64,000 nucleotides of DNA, taken from positions 10,726,001 through 10,790,000 of the forward strand of contig OU015568.1 of NCBI GenBank assembly GCA_907165135.1. Direction: 5' to 3'. Positions 26,894-38,999 of this stretch are shown piece by piece (positions within the stretch are counted from its first letter, which is position 1; each line of letters opens with the position of its first letter). The translations under genes were made by a program, and so were the position numbers. This DNA comes from Oikopleura dioica. Its lineage: Eukaryota > Animalia > Chordata. The notes beneath the pieces were generated by a model that worked only from the letters and a program-made list of their open reading frames with translations, did not search any database and had not been told where the DNA came from.

Positions 26894-27335
26894 TTCTCTC
26901 TCTTTTCCTTCAAGCTATTTTGTTTGAAAAAAATCAATCCATCTTCATGTTTTGACAAGGTAAATTGGTGATGTTAAAGTAGCGTACAACCGCAATTTCT
27001 CCGCTAGTTCGAACAAACGCCGGCGGCTCCTGAATCTGAATTTTCTATAAAAACCATGGCCCATGGGAAACGAGCCTTTTTCTTGCTTGTCATTGCTGTC
27101 ATTATGTTCAATAAAAATATCAATTCTAGTCGCCAAATTAGTATTTTGGAAACTAAAACAGATGTTTGAAAGAGTCACAACAATAAATACAAAAATGACG
27201 GTCGAAAATCAAGCTGAGATAATTTTATGCATTTATAAGGTCGACAAGCATGAATTTTCACAGTCCAAACTCGTTAAAATCGCTTAGTTGTCTTATTCAT
27301 TCGCAAGGCATCAATCAAGCGATCGAAGAGAAGTG

Positions 27336-29451
27336 ATGCTTGTCCATATTTTAGTATTCCTTCAAGGAACTGTTTTTTCATTTTTGGCTGGAAATTGTAC
27401 TTTTGAAAGACCAAAAACAAGAACGATAGAAATTATCGGGCACAGAGAAGATTCGATTTACGCGAGGATTAAGCTTGTGAATTCGCAGCCGGAAGTTTTC
27501 TGGGGAGCCATCAGATTTCAATTTGCGTGTGCGAGCTTTTTGAAAAATGTTGAAGAGGGGATAAAACTGGAGTTTGATGTCTTTGATCAGATTAAGAACC
27601 TTTATGTGACAGAAAACTTCCGCTATGAAACTCCCCTTCTAACTAAAATGGACCCAAAACGATCTGCCTTTCTTCAATTCAGGAAGCTCAAAGCTCACAG
27701 TGATGAACTTGTTGGCTACCAGCTCGATTCCGATGGCTTCATCCTTGAGATTTCTGGAATCAGTAGTTTAGCAAACGACACAGATATTCGCAATTGTATA
27801 AAAAAGGTTCGAGTTCACACATTCGAAGATGATGGCGTTGCGCCCGGACAGGTTGATTACACAAAATGTCTTCTCTATAAGCGATACAATCAAGAAATTA
27901 ATTGGAACTTTATGAACACGACTAAAACAACTTCAACTACAACGACAACTACGACGACGATTACGACGACAACTACGACCACGACATCAACTAAAACAAC
28001 AACTATGACCGCCACCACCACCACCACCAGGACTACAACTACAACGACAACTACGACGATAATTACGACGACGACAATTACGACGACAACTACGACAACG
28101 GCTACGACCACGAGTACAACTACAACTACAACCACCACTACCACCACCAACACGACTAAAACTACAACTACGACGACGACTACAACTACAATCACGACCA
28201 AAACCTCAACCACAACACCCACTAAGACAACGAATACAACGAAAGCGCCGACAACAACAATAACTTCGAGTAAATCCACAACAACAATCATGGCAACAAC
28301 TACAACATCAACCACAAGCATAACCACGACAACAATTAAAACTACAACAACTACCATACGACAGTCAACAAATTACGTACACGATATTTGTACAACCTCC
28401 ATCTGGATCCTCGACTCTTACTACAGTAGTGATCGAAGCTGGCTATTCACACTCCCTGCTACCCTTAGAGAAAGTATTCGGGTCATTCCTGCTCTTCCAT
28501 CAAATATTGAACTGCCTTGTACGGGCCTTGTTTCTGGGGAGCTTTATATAATCTCGAACTTTGTTGAATCAATGTACAAAATTAATATGCATTGCGCTTT
28601 AGAAATAATTCATATTTCTCCTCCATTTTCGTCAAAAGTGGAGAAGTCTCATGAATGTGCTACAGACATTGGTAATGGCTATGTTTGGGCCGCAAACTAT
28701 GGAACTTTGGTTAAATTTGATGGAACTTCTTGGACGGAAGTATCGACGAGAGGAGCAGAACTCCATAGTACCGGAATACAAATATGGAAGGGCTTTCCGC
28801 TAGTGATTGGTGGTGGCTTGCCGGAAGGTGGCGTAGTTGATACCGTCGAATATTTTACATATGGCGACAAGAATCGATGGAGGACAAAATCCAGTTTACC
28901 TAAAGGTTTTTTGAATTTAATTGACTCAATAAAAATTTTATTTTTAAGGAGTTAAGTCGCTCTCGTCTATAAATATTGAAAGTGCAGTGATAACAGTTGG
29001 AGGTCTGACGTACGTGGATGGAACAAGCCAACGAGTTGGTGAAATATTCAGCTTCAAAGGTGACGCCTGGACAATTGCTGGTGAGCCACTTATTCAATAT
29101 AAGACGATAATCATATGCATTAGGCAACTTATTGACTGCAAGAAACCAATTATCAATATTCAAGCTGTCAAGTTCAACGTTTTATGTCATCGGAGGTTGG
29201 GGAGATAACGGAACCTCACAACCTGGCAAATTAGCCGTCGAAAAAGGTATCATCTTCATATATTGATCGTCTTATTGCGAGTAAAAACATTGTGTATAGC
29301 CATTTGTTTCAATAAAGACTGTTAATTAGTATCGATCGCGCTGGACACCGCGTCTTCTGAAGAGGTTACATCGATGGCGTCATTTCAAGCCAAACCAATT
29401 TTGGTGGATCATTGTTTGCCACAAGAAATGAGCTCATTTACGCTTGTCTAA
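27336..29451 (+). CDS. Secreted mucin-like Thr-rich protein with C-terminal kelch-like repeats
   Basis: Signal peptide MLVHILVFLQGTVFS; about 145 aa poly-Thr stalk; repeats PLVIGGGLP..VEYF, VITVGG..IFSF..W and FYVIGGWG. The 3' end is uncertain. Confidence 0.7.
27919..28360 (+). repeat. Low-complexity ACN (poly-Thr) coding repeat
   Basis: Imperfect ACA/ACT/ACG/ACC trinucleotide tract. Confidence 0.95.
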
Positions 29452-30076
29452 TTTTCTTAACGTCATCATTTCTTGGTAGACAATACTGGCCATAACGAAG
29501 CAAGAAGATTGTTATGTTCTGTTTTCCTCACATGATATAATTTACTTGACATATGAGCGAATTATTAATGATTATTTTTGGAAAAGTTGTGATAATAGAA
29601 TACTTGTTATAACAATATTTCGATGAAGTTTGTTTGATTATCTCACATTGTCATTGCAAAAAGTTTGTTTTGAAAATATGAGCCAAAATAACAATTTTTC
29701 TTTCATAATTCCTATCTTTTCGAAAATAAGTGGCGACATGCATTTGTCTGATATCTGCAGAAGGGATTAATGCAGAGTTTTCTGTTGATTGTGGGCGGCC
29801 GCGAGCCATGTCGCTTCTTTTTGGTCTTGACAAGACGAGGCTTGCTGAGTCAGACTGACCCTCGAACTTCGCGAATCCCTTTTCCTTTTCGCAGGGTTCC
29901 CTATTATTTTTCACTCTACTCAGAAAACGAGCTGTTGAAAAAGCCGCCTTGGGAACAATACAACTCAGCACTCAACACTTAGGGAGATTCAAAGCTCAAT
30001 AGACCGTGAGCTAGACCTTTCACTGAAAAATAATAAACCAGCACGTAACCCAAATTTGGACAGCAAGAGAAAAAAA

Positions 30077-31645
30077 ATGGCGATAGAGATTTCTGAAAAA
30101 CTGAAGAGGAAAGCAAAGGAAGAGCTTGGAGAAACGGAAGAGTCGAGAGAAAATGCTTAGCAGAACTAAGAGTGAGTTATTTTTAAATGAAAGTATAAGC
30201 GATCTTTACATAGTAAGAATATAATTAATGAATAATTAATTAATTAAACCGGTTCTGAGTTTAAGACTAACAATTCGATGCGACTCGAAGATGATTTTTA
30301 ACGACTTCGATTCTCCGATACTTACTCCGGCTAAAACCGGATCATCTCAATCCTTCTTCAATCGATTCCAGTCTTAAATATTCAATTACCTTAGCATTCG
30401 CATTACCTTAACAAAAAAGACGCCATCATTAAAATAGATTCTTTCGTCCTTTACCCCGGAATTCATTCAATAATTAACCCGCCTATTGTCAATAATATAA
30501 ATCCATCTATTTAGGTTCATTCTAATATTACCGCTGAATATGGAGGCTCTATAAAACCCTCTGAAGACGAAGATTTGATCAAATTCCTGCGTGCACGAAA
30601 ATTCGACGTTCAAAAAGCTGCTGATTTATTCCGTTCGTATCATACAAAACGCCTTGCGCTTCATGATTTCAGCAAATTACAGAGTCCATCCTCTTATAAG
30701 GACTATTTGAAGACGTTGGCGCAGAACTTTGGAGAATATATCGCTGTCTTAGATAGATCAGATACACAAGGAAGAAGAATCATTATTTGCAGAGAAAGCG
30801 CATCTTTCGAGGAAAGGGTTAAATAAGAATTAAATGCTAAAATTGAATCTTGCCGAATATCGAAACCTGTTCAAACCGAGCTAGACCTGTCCATGTTCAA
30901 GTCCATGGTCGCGCTAAGAGATGCATATTTTATTCTATAAGGCGACGATATCTAATTCCCTCGAGGTCCATCGAGTCTTATTTTAATTGCATTGTAATAA
31001 TATCTAAATAGAAAGCTGCGTAATTGAATTTAACTCAAAACAAAGTCAAGCGAGTCAGCCGATGCTAATAGACCCAGCACTTTGTGGTTCTTTCTTATCC
31101 TCGACTGGCTCCTCGCTACGTGCAAAGGTAGGACTCGAGACTCGAGTGATCCTTACGCAAGTATCAATATTTATGTTGATCCTTTCAGATATGCAAGTCA
31201 ATGGCATTGTGGTTATTACAGACATGAAGGACTTTTCGCTGTCCCAGTTTCAATGGCTCTTGACGCATCCTGGAGCTCTCAAAGAACGAATCACCAGCAT
31301 TCAAGATGGTGTACCCATGAGAATTAAGGTGCGTCTGTCCATCTTTGATAAGTCTTAAAATTATAACTTCAGTCAATCAGAATCGCAAATGAACCAATGA
31401 TTTTCTCAATGGTCTACGCTCTGGTCTCGCCTTTTCTGAAGCAAAAGCTCCGACAAAGAATAAAAACTGTGTCAACTCGATACGAAGAAATTTACAAAAT
31501 TCTCGACGGAAGTAATAACGAAAATAACGACTGGAAGAAGATTATGCCAAAATCAGTCGGCGGGAAAATGTCCTGGTCCGAGTTGACAGATTCAACTGTG
31601 AAAAACGTGCTCGATTATTATCTCCAATTTGACTCGATTGAGTGA
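30077..31645 (+). CDS. CRAL-TRIO lipid-binding protein (clavesin/TTPA-like) with an apparent exon-1 frameshift
   Basis: KAKEELGETEESR..LAELR; DEDLIKFLRARKFDVQKA; DRSDTQGRRIII; MQVNGIVVITDMKDFS; IQDGVPMRIK; PFLKQKLRQRI; MPKSVGG. Middle exons are unresolved. Confidence 0.8.
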
Positions 31646-31946
31646 GCTTTAATTCATTATTGGATACGAATCTTTTGATGAGCATGGTGGAGAACTGTGA
31701 CCTAAAATTATGACGCTGGCGTGATATTACCTTCAAGTGTACTTTGCTTTCTTATGATTTATACCTACTTACTATCTGCTGCAGTAGACTAGATTTGCTT
31801 TGCTTCAATAAAATTATACGAGGTGGCAACTTGAAAGTGGGTTGATTTTGTACAAAAGATTTATTCAAAAAAATATTGTCAGAAAAATAAAAAAAATATT
31901 GCAGAAAATAAAAATATAAAAAATAGAACAAAGGGAAAAGATTTCA

Positions 31947-34749
31947 TCAGCTATGAATTCTAGTTTGCTTTGGAGGAGGATTTTGACGGATGGTCAGGCC
32001 TTTTCGCTTGGAAGTTCTTTCCTTGGGTTGAGGGGTTGAAGCGATCATTGGTCCTGCGAGTTCTTGAAGCATAGTACTCTCAGAGAACTTAGTCAATTAA
32101 TAATTTGATTTCTCTTGATTTCTTACCTTTGGATTTGTAGGAATTGAAAACTTGTCTTCGACGTATACCTTGACTTTGCTTTTGGACTCTCTCTTGGAAG
32201 AGCTCTGTTTGTTGCTGCTATCAGGCGATTCTCGCTTTCGCTTTAGCTTGGAAACCTTGAGGATCGACTGCTCAAGTTCTTTCACTTGTTTGATTTTTTC
32301 AATTGATTTCTTGAGCTCGACGACTTCCTCCTCTAGTTTCTCGATTTCAGCTTGATTTTCTGCTTTCTTTTCAAGGGCAGAAGCAGCATTGAGAAGAATT
32401 GCCTCTTTTGACTGAATATTCAGTTCGAGGTCATCAAGGATCTTTTCCATTTGAGTCTTGAACTTTTCTTGATACGTGCTTGTTTCCTAGATAAAACTTG
32501 AAAATGCAATAATAGTAAATAAATTACCTGTTCTGAAGCTTCTTCCTCAAGATTCTCGATTTCGAGTCTGATCTTGTCAATTTCTTCCTCGAGCTTGAGT
32601 TTTTCTTCTTCGACTTCTTCGATCGTTTCCAGCTCCTCGCCACTCTTTTCGGCCAATTCTTCGACCTTTTTCTCCAAATTTATGGCCGACTTTTTAAGAA
32701 CATCGACTTTTTTCTGTTGAGTCTTGATTTTGCTGGCCATTCTTGTCTTTTCGCCCTTCGCAGTTCTTTTATAGGTTTTCTTCTTTTTGATTTCTTCATT
32801 TTGCTTTTCGAATTCCTCGTCAAGCTCCTTGAAATCTTGCTCGATTGATTCCATCCGTTCAATTTCGTTTTGAAGATCAAGCTGCTTTTCGAACCAGTCG
32901 ATGCGCGTGTTGTTGAAGTTCCCGATTTCGAGGTCGTTTTCCTCAATTTCTGCGTTTAGCTTCGCCAGTTCAGATTCAACGTCGGCGAAGTCAATCTTTG
33001 CCACTTCTCGTTCAAGCTGATTAATAGCTTCTTCCGCATCTGTGATGGAGTTTTTCAGATACTTGATGTGGTCTTCTTTCGCGGTGACCCCGCCAGTGAG
33101 CTGGATCAGTTGGCGTTCAACCCTTTTTATCGTTTCTTCGCATTCGCCTTGCTCGGCCAAATTGAGCTCCAGTTTCTCTTCGTGGTCATCAGCTTCTACT
33201 CGAGCCTTTTTATGGTTTATGAAAATCAGTTTAGAGTTTTTACTGACAGAAATTTCAAGAAACCAGTCCCTTTGCGATTCTTTCAGAAATTTCTATATCT
33301 TGAGTTTCCATCAGCTTGATTTTCTCCTCCATTTCTGCTCCAAGTTTCGTTAGCGTTTCGACCTTTTCCTTTCGTTCTGTTAATGTTTGTACGTCAGTTT
33401 CCAGCGTGCTCTGATCTTGATGATAACGGGTGAGGCGCGAGTTCATGTGGTCAGTGAGGATTTTGACTTTGACCAAGACTTCGTCGAGCACTGCGCGTTG
33501 TTTCATGTATTGCCCGTCGAGCTTTTATGGGCTTTTAATATCGGGAATAAATTGAAAAGTCCTGAAGTAAAGAAATATTTTCAGCCCTTTCCTTTGACTG
33601 CTCGTGTTTTAACTGTTCGATGGCCAGTTTGTTAGCGGCTACTTCTTGCTCCTTTTCATTGTGTTCATTGACTCTATTTTCGTAGAGTTGATCAACTGTA
33701 GCCTTCTTCGACTTGAGCGCCGTCGACTCAGCCTCCAAGTTATCAACCTCACTTTGGTTTTTCGCCTTTAGAGCTTCGATCTTCTTCGCATGTTCAGATT
33801 GGAAGTTGTCTTTTCGAAGAAGGAAAGTGTCACGGAGTTTCTCTTGAACGGATAATTTTTCTTCGTGAATGGTGATTTCTTTTTGAATTCGCTCGATTTG
33901 GCCACGAATTTGGTTCAGTCGGTATCGCTCGTTGTTCAGATGATCTCTATAATTATAATCAGTTGTAATAGTAAAACATCCTCTTACTGTAAATTATCAG
34001 CTTCAGCGATGGTCGCTTTTGAGGATGTAGAAATTCTGGCGTATTCTCGCTGAGCGAGATGAAGTCGATTTTTCTCAAGATCGAGGTTGTTTTTTGCTTT
34101 TTTCACATTTGCTCCAACTTCATCCAGTTCAGCGACCTTGATTTACTTTTTAGCAGAAAACATCAAGTTCAAAGTTACCTGTTCGAGGGACTTCTGTTCG
34201 CGCAAAACTGTCAGCTCATTGATTTGCTCGTCGATTTGTCGAACAACCGCTTCGACTTCTATCGAGAGAGAGGATAAAGGGGCGATGATTTCTTCCATGA
34301 TTCCACGGCGATTTTCCAGTTCAATCTTCTCTGTAGCAATATCATTTTGATCACATTTGATAACCTCCTTGATATTCTGATTCGTTTGTCGAAGCCGGAT
34401 GCTGTTGAGCCGGACGATTTCGGTGTCATTTCGGAGTTTTAGTGATTGCTGCTCGAGAATGTCATGGCGTTTTCGGACTCCTTTTAATTTGATCACCATT
34501 TCGTCGTAGTCCTGTTTCATCACGCTCACCTTCACAGAATTAAGAGTTACGTTTTTGACGACAACGATGATTTTTTCGACCTACCTCGCAAACTTTATCA
34601 GCGATCTGGTCTTCCATTTCCTTTGCCTTCTCCGAGACATTTTTCTCCCAAGCTTTGACAGCAGACTCGATATCATCATATTGCTCTTGTGATTGCAACC
34701 TCTCCGAGGTCACTTCCTGCTGGGATGATCTTTCGCGCACGCGCTGCAT
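31947..34749 (-). CDS. Long coiled-coil protein with basic Ser/Thr/Pro-rich tail, unidentified
   Basis: A series of E/K/Q-rich heptad exons joined by GT-AG introns, starting MQRVRERSSQQ and ending AGPMIASTPQPKERTSKRK..RIHS*. Confidence 0.7.
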
Positions 34750-34834
34750 TTGACAACTGATTCCGTTTATTATTTTTACAAAGAATAATACGCGTATTCT
34801 AGAGATCAATATATCAAACAGTAATGCAGTGTTT

Positions 34835-37144
34835 TTATTGATTTTCATCCAACGTAACGTAGATCCAGTCCAAATAGTCAGATACCTTCGTGTAAATACC
34901 AGGAATATCTTTAAATAAATAATAAACGAAGACAAAATTCGATTATACTTTTTGCTCCACATTTGTAGTTAATTGTTTCGCCATCTTTTTTCTTTTGTGA
35001 TTGAACGCCATATGAAACGATACCGGTCAAATAAAATGGCTGATTGTCATCGCCACTTTTCGCATTGGGATTTTTACAAACCACAGGTCCACCAGAATCA
35101 CCCTGGCAAGTGTCGACCTTTCCATGGCCAAAACAAAGCTGATGTTCCAAAACTTCTGGTCTCTGGTCATCACTGATTCCTTTAGCTGAGTTGAAAGCTG
35201 CTTGGCATTCGCTTCTACGAATATGGCGAACAAGGGCGACTCTTGAATCGACGAATTTTTTTCGTTGATGAGCTTTCATTGGCGTTAAAGAAATGAAAAA
35301 GCAAAATCTCAGTTTTTAAATTTGTTATTCATTAACACCTTACTGTATTTCTTTTCTCAACTTCCTCGTTTCCTCCATCAACAGTTCCAGTTTGCAAGCC
35401 CCAACCGCCAATCATGCAGACAGAGTTCGGCTCTAATTTTTTTGATGAAGCTTTTTTGTTCGGAAAAGCGGCTCAAACCTGGTTCAAAATTTATTGGAGG
35501 TAAGCAAATCGGACTGACCATTCCGTTGAACCAAAATGGCTTCTTTACTTGAATCAAGCTTATATCGAAGCCTTTTCCCACAGTTTTATATTTAGGGTGG
35601 TTAATGATATTCTTAGCTTCCTGTCGTTGGCCAAGGCAGTTCATACTGTTCTATGGACTTAAATCGCTATTAATTTCAAGGAGGATAAAATACCGCTTCG
35701 TGCACTTTCCCGTCGATATTAGAAAGTCCTGCGACAACCGTGGTGGATTCAGGTTGCATTATTTTCTTCAAATCGAAGCAATGAGCCGCAGAAATAACGA
35801 AGAGAGGGTGAATAAGGGCAGCACCACAAAATTGTCTCCATGATTCCTATAATCTATTTGATGTCAAGATGATCGTTCTCAATACAAACCTGACAGATAT
35901 TATATTGTTCACTACTAGTTTTTTCTAGGGCAACGAGCCATGGAGTCGAACCTGGAGGATTTTTGTATCCGTTGATGGTTCGCATAGAAAATTCAGTGTC
36001 ACTAAAAATATCAAGAGCGCAATGATTGTATATATTTACGCGCTAGAAACTTTCTCTTCCTCTTCTTCCTCTAAAACTTTTGCAATTTCTCCAGGATCAG
36101 CCATTGGAGGGCATTTTACCGCGTCGGTACATGGTCGGTTATCCCGCCAGGGGTCGAGAAGGTCGATAAAATGTGCCGTCTCATTATCAGTGTTCGACTT
36201 CCAGCTTGATAGATCCCACGGAATAGATTGATTTTGTCCATGTTTGGTAAAACGCAAGAAAGTTCTGCTACATCCACAATTCGGAACACTGCACGTGTCA
36301 TAACGAACGCCCTCTGTTTTCGTATAACACCAGGGTTGATTGTAAGCGCCGCAAGATTCTGGCGTTATTTGATTGTAGTCAAAGTCAGCAGATCTACAGA
36401 CGCTTATTGGACCAAGAACTTTTCTATTTGAATCTGGTTTATCCCACCTGAAAATAATTATCGAAAGTAAAGAAAAAACTAGAACCTATCACAGGTGTGT
36501 CCACCTTCAGTACTATCAAGAGTCCCGCGATAATATTGACCGCAATCAGCAAACGGGGTGACTTTCATTTCGTCTTTAACTTTTGCCTTGAACTCGTCTT
36601 CCCCGTTATTCGGAGCCGATTTAAGCTCATTGAAAAGTCCCTGGTCGGTCATGATACAGCTTCCCTTGTACGCACTGATCTCGTACCCGTTTGCCTTGAC
36701 AAGAAAGTTCTGCTCGATCTCGCACTCTCGCGTCCAAGCATCTTTATCGCAATAAGGAACGTCACAGTACTCCCAGTTTCTTCGCCTACTATCTGTGTAG
36801 CACCACGGTCCACCAGGTCGCGTAGGTCCTGTGTTCCTGCAGAAGTTTCCATAAACTCTTTTAACTTTTCTCTCTCCATCCAATGTTTCAATTGGTGTTA
36901 AAATAAACGACTTCGACCTTTTTGGATTTCCCCATTTTGCACACTCTTTTGAACTCATTTAACTTTTGACCATTCCAAATTTCTACTCACCTGTGCCATC
37001 TCTCGTAACATTAATTGACCCTCTATAAAGTATTCCTCTATCTTCACGGTGAGCCAGACAAGTGACTGTTTTTCGTTTTGCCTGACTCCTGCAAATCGCA
37101 TGTGCACTGCCCAAAAGCAGCAAAATATCTCTTAGTAACCTCAT
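34835..37144 (-). CDS. Secreted 2x kringle + trypsin-like serine protease
   Basis: Signal peptide; kringles (YRG..NFCRN..GPWCYTD..WEYCDVPYC; YRG..PWCYT..DTCSVPNC); intact triad SAAHC / DISL / GDSGGP; Asp in the S1 pocket (DTCQ); ends IPGIYTKVSDYLDWI. Confidence 0.88.
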
Positions 37145-37301
37145 TTTATACTGTAACAATCTTCCAATGATCAAGCACTGGAAAGGCAAACAAACAAGAA
37201 TCCCGTTTCAATTGAATTTTGGTTTATTTATTTTCTCAATAATTTACAAAAAAGGCTATGTTTGGAACGAATGCAGTTATTTATAAGAAAAGAGAAAGTT
37301 T

Positions 37302-38995
37302 TTATTTCTCGCATTTGACAGTTGTGAGCATCATTGGAATTTCAGGCACTCGCCGCGCCGGAGCTGTTTTCTTTCTCCTCTGAGAGGATGTCGGCGAGAT
37401 CGTTGAGTTTGGAGAACTGGTAGATTTTGTGTCGGGCGTTTTTGGCAAATCATCGTTCTCCATCACTTCGATTTTGGTATCTGGGCTAAGAATATCGTTA
37501 GATTGAACGTCAGTCATTGTTGATTTTACCTACCTTTCTGGGTTAATAATTGGCTCTTCTTCATCATTTTTGTCAAAAGCGATTCTTGACCGCTTTTCAG
37601 GGGGCTCATCGGAATGATCAGATTCAAAGCTCACACCGTTTCTAACGTTTCCGTTGGCCTGAAAGAAAGTTGATTAGAAACTGATTCGACCTTAATTTCT
37701 GTATTTTTCATGAGTGAATTCAAAATAGAGCTAATCTCTCAGTGGGGTCTCCTCTCAACCGAACGGGGCCGATGATCCGACTCAGACCAGAGGATCATCC
37801 AGCTGAACGTCGATGGGCTCAAACTGTGATTATGATTTGAATAATTAATAGTTAGATGGGGATGAGGCGTGCTCAGCATGACGATTCGCGGCTGAGGCGA
37901 ATCTCGAGGGCTGAGCGCGCGCGAGAAGCAAAAATAGCTTCGTCTGTTCTAACTTACAGGCAGGTGACTGTGAGATGACTGGAGTGCTTCGCGGATTTTC
38001 TCGGCTTCTTCGTAAAATGGTCGACGTTCTTCAAGGCCTAATGAGGACCACTGGCGGGAAATAGAGCGTTCCAGGAGAACTGGACTTTCCTAACGAAACA
38101 ATTTCAAGCTGAAAATAGAAATACTCCAACCTTTGACTGATCTTGAAGAGCTTTGAGACGCATGTGATGCGAAAAGACCATGTAAGCGTTAATCGTAGGA
38201 ATATGTGACAAATCGGCAGGTGAAGACGAGCAGTCTTCCGGATTCGACTCGTCATCCTTTCCGGAAGCATTTACAGCCGTGTCTTGCCCCGATCGCTTCT
38301 GACCCGGCTTTGGTGATTTCGCAGGGCTCTGTGAGCGGACACTGTCAGAGTCTACCGGCATTTTTTGATGGAAGCCGTTTGCTGATCCGTTAAGAGCGGA
38401 AAGAGCTGGGAGGCCAAGACCGAGGAGGGGACCAAGAGATGCAAGAGAACCGAGCGAGGCGAGCGAGTCGACTTTCGGGCGCATACTGTTCAAGACTAAA
38501 AAGGAGAATCTTTAGTACCGCTTTATTATTAATCTTAACTAAGCTATGACGATATTCAAAGCCCTTTTATTAAATTCATAATTATAAGGCTACCTTTTTC
38601 ACATGCGGAAGTAATATGGGAAAAATTCAAATTGGACGCGGCTCGGTACACTTCTGTCACATTTGACGGCTCAAGCGTGAACGAGTTCGTGTAGCAAAAT
38701 TCCATAAGCACGACGAAACCACGTGCAGGTACTCCGGCAAGGACGAAGTTGGTCTGGTCATCCGAGTTGCGAAAAAGCGAGAGGAAGTAATCGGAGTTGG
38801 CAGCAAGGATGGACCGATGCGCTCGGAATTTCTTTCCTTCCACGTGTAGTGTTACGTCACAGAAGAGATCTTAATTACAATTTTGAAACAGTATTTGAAA
38901 AATATACTTTACCTTTCATTCTTTGCTCGTTGAGACGTTGCAGTACAAAGGTGGTATGTTTAATCGGGAGAATGTTTGTTCTATCTTCCTGGGAC
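37302..38995 (-). CDS. BTB/POZ + HMG-box protein (5' end probably further upstream, candidate exon 41661-41788)
   Basis: [44 protein letters not shown] (BTB). Spliced PTINAYMVFSHHMRLK..ISRQWSSLGLEERRPFYEEAEKIRE (HMG box). Confidence 0.8.
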
Positions 38996-38999
38996 CTAA

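Noticed and set aside
27890-28357. 155 aa poly-Val ORF
   Set aside because: Antisense shadow of the poly-Thr repeat.
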